Shown here piece after piece: positions 54,701 to 64,000 of a stretch of DNA of 64,000 nt. Under the pieces are notes generated by a model. It did no database searches, had not been told where the DNA came from, and saw only the letters and a program-made list of their open reading frames with translations. The translations under genes were made by a program, and so were the position numbers. This stretch comes from Lytechinus pictus (taxonomy: Eukaryota), in assembly GCF_037042905.1 (NCBI RefSeq), contig NC_087245.1, positions 8,432,001-8,496,000 on the forward strand, read 5' to 3'. The first letter of the stretch is position 1. Each line of letters opens with the position of its first letter.

Positions 54701-55521
54701 TTGAAACGGTCTATTCAACTCCGCTTTGCGTCGTTGAATAGACTGTTTCAACTTGCACACTCATTTAATATTCGGAACGATCGCACTCATCAACATTGAA
54801 TTAAAATTTGTATACTATACAACACACAAATTTAAAAATTCATTAAAATGTCACTTTAAAATACCGATAGTTCATTAGTTGCTATCTATAATCTAGTACT
54901 AGTAGTAGGGAAAACACTTCAATTTACTTAAGAACCAAGTTTACTTAGGCCTATATGATAAATAGTTGCAATGGAAACTGGCAGTGTAAAAAAATCGAGC
55001 TATTGTCCCCCAAAACAAGAGAAAATAAGCCAAACATTGCCAACCTTATTTTGCCACACAGGGAATTGTAACAACAGAGAACAATCACATAACCTTGTTG
55101 AGTGGGTCTAACCAACGAGTAACAAACTAACAATAACATGTATTTTTGCGCATTGAGCCGGAGTATTGAGAAAGTACAAAGACCACAAAGAAGGAAGGAA
55201 CAAAATGGCAAATGTTCAGTCAACAGCAGAACAAACCAACAAAAACAAAAACGATTCAAACAGAGCAGTAGGCCTTTCCGATTCCGGGACTCACACAAAG
55301 TTGGTTACCGGATCGGGATCAAAATGCAGTGGGCTAGCCATGGCCGCGTCCGACTCTTCGATTCGCATCAATCCATCATCATCCTACATAACAAACATTA
55401 ACTTTTATAATTAATTTGCGTCATCAACTAGGCCTAGATCTATCACTATTTTATCAATATATACGGTACCCAATCACAGGCTCTTCTTTACCTGAATGTT
55501 ACCACTAAATAAGGGATCCAT
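36763..55521 (-). CDS. SLCO4A1: Solute carrier organic anion transporter (OATP/SLCO), SLCO4-like; complete, 11 exons, ~798 aa
   Basis: Exons: 55492-55521 (MDPLFSGNIQ, gaaaATGG context), 52284-52787, 51357-51882 (ITTLEHRFNL...GHKPRWIG...PHF...LGVTYMDEN), 48252-48348 (GPAIGYALGG), 47135-47256 (signature NPTWVGAWWLGF), 45466-45720 (FGPKYLESQ), 43998-44193, 43171-43330 (Kazal-like CNKECNC..FEPVCGSD..YYSACHAGC), 40867-41039, 37754-37818 (RCVPHSQRTFALGLQ), 36763-37031 (GTIPGPVVLG..IDKSCLVW). Sum 2397 nt, in frame. Subfamily 4 is from recalled resemblance of CGWFGYSPPFAQIFNNRKG. Confidence 0.93.
37862..40432 (+). mobile_element. Sola-like DNA transposon with a decayed transposase remnant (SLCO intron 9)
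   Basis: TIR gggcaattcca / tggaattgccc; 4-bp TSD aatt; about 8 copies of gtcatgtccgttacg; relic peptides FFSDGTGSHLKQ (38834) and QWHFFISQSKEAVEG (38929). Confidence 0.72.
41776..42981. mobile_element. Non-autonomous hAT-like element (SLCO intron 8)
   Basis: TIR cagccctttcagtaa / ttactgcgagggctg; exact 8-bp TSD ttctttat (41768-41775, 42982-42989). Confidence 0.82.
45205..45435. mobile_element. Tc1/mariner-like MITE
   Basis: ta|cagtggtgcaaattagttagtgaaccccaccagaaaatg ... cattttctggtggggttcactaactctttagcaccactg|ta. Confidence 0.85.
45852..46876 (+). mobile_element. HINE/DINE-1/pearl-like element, copy 2 (SLCO intron 5)
   Basis: Same ends and internal tandem units as 29453-30428. Confidence 0.75.
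48622..50935 (-). mobile_element. Second Sola-like element (SLCO intron 3)
   Basis: TIR gggcattttcac / gtgaaaatgccc; 4-bp TSD atag (48618-48621, 50936-50939); about 9 copies of ggtaactgacattac. Confidence 0.75.
54638..54815. repeat. ~175-bp imperfect palindrome (SLCO intron 1)
   Basis: gttccgaatatta..gtgcaagttgaaacggtctattcaac [tccgctttgcgtc] gttgaatagactgtttcaacttgcac..taatattcggaac. Confidence 0.8.
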
Positions 55522-55559
55522 TTTCAAATCCGATTATGGTTATTCTTCCCGAGGCTATA

Positions 55560-55830
55560 TGTCATTTAACCAAGGGCAAGGCTCCATCCAAGCCGCACCG
55601 ATACCCACCGAACTTATACTACAGGGGCGGCGCGGCGCGGCCTGAGAGCGCCACCAAGGCTGCCACACAGTGGCAAAGGTAGGTAGGATCGGAGGGGCGG
55701 CTCCGGCTCCGGGCACGCCGTAGCCATGCAATTTACGTCCTTGCATGCCCGATCAAAAGCTGAGCAGAGCTAGCAAGCTAACTGCGAACAGGATGTGCCC
55801 CTACCTCCCCCCCCCCCCCCCCGGTCGACA
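55560..55830 (-). promoter_or_regulatory. GC/CpG-rich putative promoter / 5' UTR of the SLCO gene
   Basis: Locally GC- and CpG-rich with GC-box-like ggggcgg motifs, immediately upstream of the first coding exon (ATG 55521). Confidence 0.55.
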
Positions 55831-56646
55831 GCGTTTACCATACGGGGAAATTTTCTAAGCAATTAACGCACAATTTTTTTTAAATCATGATTTAAAAAAA
55901 ATTGTAGTAAGTTTGGTGGCGCGGCTTTGATGGAGCCTTGGTAATTAAATGAAAATGAAAAATATATTATAAAAACGCTTTTCGCTCCAAAATGAAGGTG
56001 ATTTTTTGTTCAATTTCTACTTTTTTATAGCATTCCAACCTGATTTCCTGGCGGGTACGTGCGTTGTCTAGTGTATATAGATACGTAACTATACGCACCG
56101 CCCCCCCCCCCCCACACACAAACAAATCTTATTGGGGTACTTCAGCACGTCCAGCACCCCACTTCCCAGGGCAATGAGTTCACCTTGACGAAAAGTTTGT
56201 TGTGAGAATAATATTCAGGATTTCAGATGTAGATCAGCAGCTCCCATCTTACGTACAGGCCTATGTAAAATGCATAAATTTCGATCTTTTTTTAATGGTT
56301 CATGAAAAGTAAAAGTTTGCTTCTTTTTTTCAGGTTGTGAAATGATTTGTCTTTTGATATACTGAAAGCCCGACTGAAAGTACAATAAAAAAATATCATT
56401 TTTTTCAAAAGAAAAGTTACATGTCATTTCTCGATATGCCTAGTCCGGCTATATATAGTCTAATGGGGAAGCTGCTCGCATATATAATGACGTCACAAAT
56501 AAAAGAAATAGTGATCTTCAATGCTTTTCCTCAAACCTGCACAAATATTTTCTTTTGTTATTTTTATATCAAAAAAGGGCGTCGGGCCAGCAACTCCCAT
56601 TTTTTAAATCGAACAGAATCCTCATGACACTGCATACCGGTATATG

Positions 56647-56686
<40 letters not shown>

Positions 56687-58618
56687 TAGATATATCTATA
56701 GATATAGATGTGGTGATTGAAGACCTTTTTTTTTTTTTTTTTGCTTGTCAAATTTTTTCGCGTACGAAATATCCTCCAAAAAAATTGCCCCCCTTCTGAA
56801 AAATCCTAGGTACGCCAGTGCCTTTGAATAAAACCTTTCAATCTCCTTTACTTCTGAGTTTTCTAGCGATATTAAAAAAAATAGTTTCCATTACTCGAAC
56901 AGTGCGATTGACCACTAAAGGGGCGGGAATCCTGAGGTGGGCAAGGGGCATAGTGCCCCCCTTTTTCAGCACTAAAAAGTGTCACTTTTTACCCAATAAT
57001 CGAGTTCCTTATATATAAAATGTGTTGTGTCTCTTTCATCTCATCAGGATTCGTTTTATTGTTAACGAGTGCCGTTTTTACTTTTAAAAGTATATGGCCT
57101 ACCCAAAGTGCCCATTCTCATATTCAGATGAGTTGCCCTTCTTAATTAAAGCGTTTCCTTCCCAATCGGCGCCAGTTTTATTTAGCATTTGATTCCATTC
57201 TGCATGCAAGTGCATATTGTAAATATAATAACCCCTCTCATGGTGTTATTGACCCCTTTGATAGGTAACGTTTGTTTCCTCTCCCGCAGTGTGCCCATTT
57301 TTGCCTCTGATCAAGTGCCCCACTTTTTCTGATATTTGCCCTCATTATATACCCTTGAAAAACACAAATCCGTGCTGCCGGCGCTGTCCACTCTTCAGTG
57401 GAAATGACCCGGCCCCTGCCCCCACCCTTGACCTTTAGGGTCAAATTTGAGATGTCTATATACAATACAAATTCAGGTTCTTTGATGAGAAAAACATTGA
57501 TCACGAGGTGATGATGATGACAACTACGGGATATGTATATAAAATTTAAGCAAATTCGCCCTGGCAAAGCATGCAGGACATCATTTCAAAATGATATAAA
57601 TTGACATAATAATCCACAATTGATTCTACAGATCTCAAATGCGTGAAAGGATGACGGCGGTAAGGCAACTAATTCATGTTCCTAATATAAGGACCAATTA
57701 CAGTTGGCCTATATGTACAACTATTTTCATTAAACTATCCCACACTGCGCTGACTTATTTTAATAAAACAAGTATGTTTCGCCTGACTATACACACCTTG
57801 AAATGAGACAGACTTAAAAGTGATCTCAATAGTGTAGTTCATTGCAAATATTGTTCTATTATAATCGCATATTTTTTTTAAAACAGAAAAAAGGAATGTG
57901 ATTTGGCTTACCTCAGTTTTGTAACCTGGCATCTACTAAATAACAGGGGAATAGTAATGTTTGAAAAGACCTTAATAAATCCGTGCACTGTAGCTCAAAA
58001 AAGATGGTAATCAGAGCATTAACCTATTGTGATGTTGTGGCTGAACAAACTTGGTTTACAATTTATTTTCCCGTTCCTTTTCAACGCTCACAGGTCTGAC
58101 AGCCTCTCCAGGCAATTTCATACGTCAAACAAGCTACTGTGTTTTGCATAATAAATGGCAGTGTGAATTATATGTCACGGAATACCCATTAAGTAATTAG
58201 TTCTCTGAATTTCACTCTGCCGAGTACGTGCCACGTCGTAGGAACTCTTCCATTTATCTCAATCAATGATTAGCATAATACGTGGTTACCCAAAGCGTGT
58301 AGATATAATTGGGAATATGTGCCCACTTTTTTTCACAACTCGATCAGTAGATTTAATGCAGATGGCAGGCCCGGTAACTTTTTTGAAAGTGCAGAGGTTA
58401 AGGGACTATACAAGAAGCCGTGTTTGGGAAGGGGGCTTAACATGAGAAAAATCCGGAAAATCATATCAAAGTGGATAGACAAAATCATCACAAGTATGGG
58501 AGGGGGGGGGGGGTGGGCGGCTGCCTCCCTGTGTTCTCTGAAGTAATGAAAGGGGGGGGGATACAAAAAATGAAGAAAATGGAAGTAAGAACATCATGAA
58601 AAATGAGAGGTCTCTTAA

Positions 58619-59220
58619 AGGACAAGTCCACCCCAACAAAAAGTTGATTTGAATAAAAAGAGAAAAATCCAACAAGCATAACACTGAAAATCTCATCAAA
58701 ATCGGATGTAAAATAAGAAAGTTATGACGTTTTTAAGTTTCGCTTAATTTCACAAAAGATATATAATGCACATCCCGGTCAGTATGCAAATGGGGGAACT
58801 GATGATATCACTCACTCACTATTTCTTTTGCATTTTATTTATTTTATTCCATGAAATATTCTAATTGTCTCCTCATTGTCCTGTGAAACAAAGATTTTTT
58901 TCTCCCTGAACATGTGGAATTACCATTGTTTAACATTTTATGATTCAGTCAAGTTGGTCCTTATTGTCAAATCTGTATAAATTGAAATATTGTATAATTC
59001 AAACAATTAAAAACAAAATAAATAGTAAGTGTGGGACATCATCGATTCTCTCATTTGCATGTGACTAAATTATGCATATAACTATTTTGTGAAAAATAAG
59101 CGAAAAAAATGTCATAACTTTTTTATTTCATATCTGATTTTGATGATTTTTTTTGCATTATTCTTGTCTGATATTTCTATATTTATTAAAATCAACATTT
59201 TTCTGAGTTGGACTTGACCT
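58619..59220. mobile_element. Kolobok-like (TTAA) MITE, copy 2, opposite orientation to copy 1
   Basis: ttaa|aggacaagtccacccc ... tggacttgacct|ttaa. Confidence 0.8.
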
Positions 59221-59228
59221 TTAAATAC

Positions 59229-59398
59229 GGTGACGCGACATTTGCTCTTGCGACAATTGCTCCGGGCTTAATTTCGTCTAAGATGTATAAGGTTGCAATA
59301 AGGGTAGCTAGTGTTAAACCCAGGGTTGAAATTAGTAATTCGATCAGTTGTGGAATTTAGAGCGGAGCAATTGTCGCCAGAGCTAATGCCATGGAACC
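59229..59398. mobile_element. Small GG...CC MITE with 9-bp TSD (MULE-like)
   Basis: Inverted cgacaattgctccg / cggagcaattgtcg; TSD cttaaatac, with the left copy split by the neighbouring TTAA element. Confidence 0.6.
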
Positions 59399-59957
59399 CT
59401 TAAATACACCTATAATTGGGAAAATTTGACGTCACATTTAAATCGTCGTAAAGGTCACCCCCCCCCCCCCATCAAATATCCTGGCCCCTCCCGTGATCAC
59501 TAAAAAAACTTTGTTTATAATCCTCTCGGTTGTCAGCTTCATCGACCACCATTGGTGTATTACAAAATAAACGGCGTATATAGGCATATACCCTTTCACC
59601 ACCACCCCCCCCCCCCCGATCGAGGCCAAATTTTCGATTTAAATGCAAATCTGATATTCTTCCTTTATCTCCGGCCACACTCGTCCAAGATGAAGTTAGT
59701 GGGTATAGGTATAAGGTCTATTATGTCTACATCAGGGGTGCTAGCATAGGACAAGACAAAATGCTACAGATGACGTTATTGTGTTACGATGCCATGGATG
59801 AAATAAAATATACATCTCCAAAAATGTAACCCTCCTTACAACTAAGCGCATAGGCGTGTCTCGTTTATTTTACCACTCTTTTGAGTATCACTTATTTTTT
59901 AGATAATCCTTTATTCAGGCATAATATAAGGTACAAAAGAAATGAGAATTGACTCTA

Positions 59958-60216
59958 CACTGTAAAAAATATTGGGTAACTTAAATTCTAACCAGCACGA
60001 GGGTAATTATGTGTCCTACCTTTTTGGGACAGTATTTTACCCAATGCGGGAAGCGTAATTGTCCAGTAATGTTTAAAAAAATAAGCAGCAATTACTTTAG
60101 AATGGGCAAAATTTTCTTCACACTGGATAAATAAAAATCCAAAAAAAGAAATGCCCAATGTTGATTGAACACATAATTACCCTCATGGGGCATTTTTACC
60201 AAATATTTTTAGAGTG
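59958..60216. mobile_element. CAC-terminal MITE with TA flanks
   Basis: ta|cactgtaaaaaatattgggtaa ... ttaccaaatatttttagagtg|ta; internal inverted gagggtaattatgtgt / acacataattaccctc. Confidence 0.7.
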
Positions 60217-61522
60217 TATAAGAGGGTATAAAAGGGGCCGAAACGTGAAAACCAACAAGGGTCCTTCGGTATATTAAAAATTTCAGCTCGCGCTTCGCGC
60301 TCACTTTGCTGCATGATCTAGTCCTTACGACATATACGAAGTACGTACCCAGTGAGTCCTGTGAAAATAAAGCTGACAAGTGCTAAAACTCTAGGATCAG
60401 CCACTTAACTCCCTCTTGCATGTCGTGGGGAACGTCAGTCATCCCGTCATCCCCCATCCGTGAATACTGACCGACACCCATTTATGAGAATTAATGTATA
60501 AAAACCCAATGCATTATATTTTATTTAGGTCGAGAAGCCTGGTATATGGCAGCTTTTGTGCATATTGAAATATATATTATATACTAATAAAGTAATAATA
60601 CAAAGACATTGAAGCCATGCGCGGTCTGCGATCCTGAGGGACCTGGGAGGGGCCTCTGCATCGAATTTTCGTATGAGAGAGGGTCGTTTCATCACCCGAA
60701 TCCCTGCCTGCCTCGACGAACCAAGTATCTTGCGAAATCACCGCCATGCATGCAGTGTAACAAACAAACAGACACAAATATTTCAACTCCTTTTCAAGTA
60801 TTCAAATTTCATTGCAATAAAGATACAATTCTCAAATGTAATTTTTTTTCTCAGTTGAATACTAAATTTCAATACCTCCCCCCACACACACATAGTCTGC
60901 AGGCACAGACCCTGATTGAAACTCTGATCAACAAGTGTATCTCCACGCAAAGACTACGAACTTGCTGGGGCCTTCAGTACACAAGGCATGAGTATAGGCT
61001 TCACATTCAGATCCTTAACTCGAGTGAAGGGTTTGCACAGCAGACTAGCACACAAACATCATTTCCTCCACATTGGGAGCATCGGGAAGCATTAAAATTT
61101 GTTATTCTATTGGCATCCTGCCTACGTCACGCACTGGATTATACACTGTGCACACACAAGCGTAGGCCCACGGATGGGGGGCTTGGGAGACCCCCGCCCC
61201 TCGCTCAAAAAAGTTTCCACGACTGATAAAACAAGGGGAAAGGAAAATAATAGATGGAAAATAGAGTTTGACATAAAGAAAAATCATATTTTAACTGTCA
61301 ATAAAATTTTCATTAGTTCCTCACTTGCGACTATTAGGAAATTCTGCCCCCTCGTTTTTTTTCTTGGGGTGGGGTATTCATTACGCCAATGATTTTGCAT
61401 GTACAAAATGTACGACAAACACTTTTCTGCTACTCTTTGCATAAGAAAGACAAAAACAAATTGTTTTCGAAATTGATTTATTTCGGGCATTGACCATGTT
61501 GACCACGCGTTAAAATTTGATC

Positions 61523-61674
61523 TGCACCCGTTTCATAAAGAGTTACAACTGTTATAACTTTGCCATTATGGCAACTACCATGGTAACAGGGCTCAGCAGC
61601 CAATCAAAATCAAGATTACCATGGTAGTTACCATAATTGCAAAGTTACAGCAGTTACTTTATGAAACGGGCCCC
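61523..61674. mobile_element. Palindromic Harbinger-like MITE
   Basis: cccgtttcataaag...actaccatggtaa / ttaccatggtagt...ctttatgaaacggg. Confidence 0.7.
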
Positions 61675-62676
61675 GCTGATCTTGTATTTTTTAATAGACA
61701 AAGCCTTTATATTCTTTTGTTAATACTTTGAAATGAAAATAGGCCTAACTTCGTCTCGCATGGTCAGTAAGAATCAATGAGGCAGCTCATAATGTGTATA
61801 GTGACAACATTCTATTCTATTATACTAATTTCACTCTGAGCATCAGATCATTCAGCGAAGAAATCGGTGCATAGTCGTCTGAGGCACCAATAACTGTCGT
61901 CGTGCTCAAAATAATGTTGTAGGCCTATAAACGCATATTTTGCTACATATTGAGGGAGCACGCTGGAGAATAGTGCTCCGTTTGGGTATAATTTTTTCTT
62001 CAAAAATATCAGCTTGAAATTAAACGTTTCATTTGATGACGTAACATCACAATCCATAAAGAACGAGCATTTTTACAAGTCTTCAAATAACAACTTGACG
62101 TCTTAACACAGGTAATAATTCTATAGCAAATTAACCTTCTGAATTCCCGTCAATATTTAAAAAAGCATAATTTGTATGTTACGATATGATCTTATTTTAT
62201 GTTACAATTAATTTTGATATATTTTAATCGCATTATGTAATCTCGATCAAAGCTATTTCAAAGCAACAACACATTCAGCTGAAAAACAGTTTATCCGTGG
62301 AGTTCTTATGGTTTACCGGCTTACTCATAACCTTGTTCATTGAATGAGTGGGCTTACTGAGCCGTCTGAGCGTAGGCCGTCTGCTGTAATATTATTTTTA
62401 ATTGATTTTGATTCGTTTACATCTATCATAATTCGCATAACATAGGGGGAAAATAATTCAACAGTAGGCCTAAATGAGACATTTGACATGACCGTTCGTA
62501 TAAGCGATGTCTTGGTTAGCGAGTTGAAGTATTATCATCAAACCTTCACCAATATTTCACTTAATTTTTTTTAAATAACCATCTGATTGTTATTAAGCAA
62601 CTGTATTGTCAGGGTGAATAATGTGCACCAGCAAGGTACACTACATGATGTTGACTGTAATGTCGATGATTATATC

Positions 62677-62967
62677 AGAGAGTTTTCGCTCCAAGATGTA
62701 AGACAGATTGAAGAACATAGAATGTGTATTGTCAAATGCCCTTTATAACAATGAACAACTAAGAAGTCTTTGTCGATAATCGGTGAATCAAAGCAGCAGT
62801 TGTCGTTCTAGACTCTGGACAAATGTTATATTTGCACTTTTCGTCAACTCCGAAATTTAAATATTAGGACGCTTCAGGCTTACCAATTTTCGATTAACAC
62901 CTCCCAGCTGTTCATTGTCATTTGACAGGCATTTTAATTGGTGTTGCGTCGCGAGCGAAAACTCTCT
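62677..62967. mobile_element. MITE with 15-bp TIR upstream of the GPCR
   Basis: agagagttttcgctc / gagcgaaaactctct. Confidence 0.6.
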
Positions 62968-63497
62968 ATTGATAACGGACGACGACGACGCGATGACGAT
63001 AATAATGATGATGAGTTGCTTATGGGGGTCAGCCATATTTAAAATCAGTGCTCAAAACACCCTTATATGCCATATTTCAGATTCACATGTCAGGTAAAAC
63101 AATAAAAAAATGTTATGTTATGATTTTTCATGGCGGCCATCTTGGGTTTCAGTCAAAATGATGGCGATCCCATGGTCAGATCGCTTGGGGCCTGCGGCTT
63201 TTTAAACTCAGCGCCCAATTAAGAACACCCCTGTATGCCAAATTTCACACTTTCTGCCAGATTCGAGCATCTGTTTTCACTTATCTTACGCACTTTATAT
63301 TGATGATCGATGAAGATCTGGTGATGACCACCATTTGCATTACTTTTTACTATAGATCGAAGATAAAACTTAGATTCCGGCTAGTTAGATACAGGTACTA
63401 GTACCATGCATGGCCATATTCATATTAATATTGCTCAACGTTATATTTTTCCCCTCCTTTTTCTATTTCTTTCTTCTCTCTCTCTCTTGATCACTCA

Positions 63498-64000
63498 ATG
63501 GACAACACCTCAAATCACGGGCTTGCTTCTAAAAGAGTGAGGATGCCTCCGGGAACCCGCCTTTTGGTCATGTTGGTGGTTGTCCTGTTGAAAGTCACAG
63601 AGTTCCTGCGTGTCGGAGCTCATCCCAACGAAACATCACAGAACAATTCAACCTCGCTTGACTTGGGACAACATACTCCGCTATCATCTGATCTTGATCC
63701 CTTTAATCAAACCGATACATCCAGCAAGGGATCTGAATATCTACCAACGACGAGCGATGCGACGCAGTTGGTCACAAATGAAGGATGGGAATGGTGGACT
63801 TACGAAATGACAACGGATCCTACTAAGGGTATGTTAACCAAATCTCAAGGAGTGTGGAATGAAGACAGTGCAGGTAGCATGGAGTTTTCGTGGTACCAAA
63901 TCAATTGGTCTTGGGTAATCATCCTACAGCTAATCTCTACAGTCGTTGGCATCGTTGGTAATTTCCTGGTTATCATCGTTTTATTCAAGCGTCGCCAGCG
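63498..64000 (+). CDS. Class A (rhodopsin-like) GPCR, N-terminal part, truncated by the window end
   Basis: Open frame from ATG 63498 to the edge: MDNTSNHGLASKRVRMPPGTRLLVMLVVVLLKVTEFLRVGAHPNETSQNNSTS...SWYQINWSWVIILQLISTVVGIVGNFLVIIVLFKRRQ. It has several N-x-S/T sequons, then TM1 with the canonical GxxGNxLV motif and a basic ICL1. Missing from the ORF track because there is no stop in the window. Confidence 0.85.
   Translation, partial: MDNTSNHGLASKRVRMPPGTRLLVMLVVVLLKVTEFLRVGAHPNETSQNNSTSLDLGQHTPLSSDLDPFNQTDTSSKGSEYLPTTSDATQLVTNEGWEWWTYEMTTDPTKGMLTKSQGVWNEDSAGSMEFSWYQINWSWVIILQLISTVVGIVGNFLVIIVLFKRRQ

Noticed and set aside
57590-58330. Possible enhancer between SLCO and the GPCR
   Set aside because: Looks non-repetitive and has short TF-like motifs, but these cannot be told from chance without conservation or chromatin data.
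60609-61226. 205-aa plus-strand ORF
   Set aside because: Non-ATG start, no recognisable motif or splice support; treated as a chance ORF, though a database search was not possible.

Overview
AT-rich, intron-rich animal genomic DNA, not prokaryotic. The repeat landscape suggests a marine deuterostome, probably a sea urchin (inference). I rebuilt gene models by hand from GT-AG junctions and reading-frame phase. (1) Two tandem minus-strand nrf-6/OACYL-like acyltransferase-3 paralogs: copy B is complete (16 exons, 8862-24038, ~837 aa); copy A has exons 1-10 (16-6396) and runs off the left edge. (2) A complete minus-strand SLCO4-type organic anion transporter (11 exons, 36763-55521, ~798 aa). (3) The 5' end of a plus-strand class A GPCR (63498 to the right edge), absent from the ORF track. 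Introns and intergenic DNA hold many transposons with readable ends and target-site duplications (TSDs): a decayed L2/CR1-like LINE splitting a tRNA-derived SINE, a 2-kb foldback element, two related Sola-like elements, two HINE/pearl-like elements, and Kolobok-, hAT-, Tc1-, Harbinger- and MULE-like MITEs, several nested. Most short ORFs in the track are spurious or partial exons. I found no unambiguous new biological system. The best leads are the paired Sola-like elements with a shared internal motif, the foldback element, paralog-specific trafficking motifs, and the signal-peptide GPCR.
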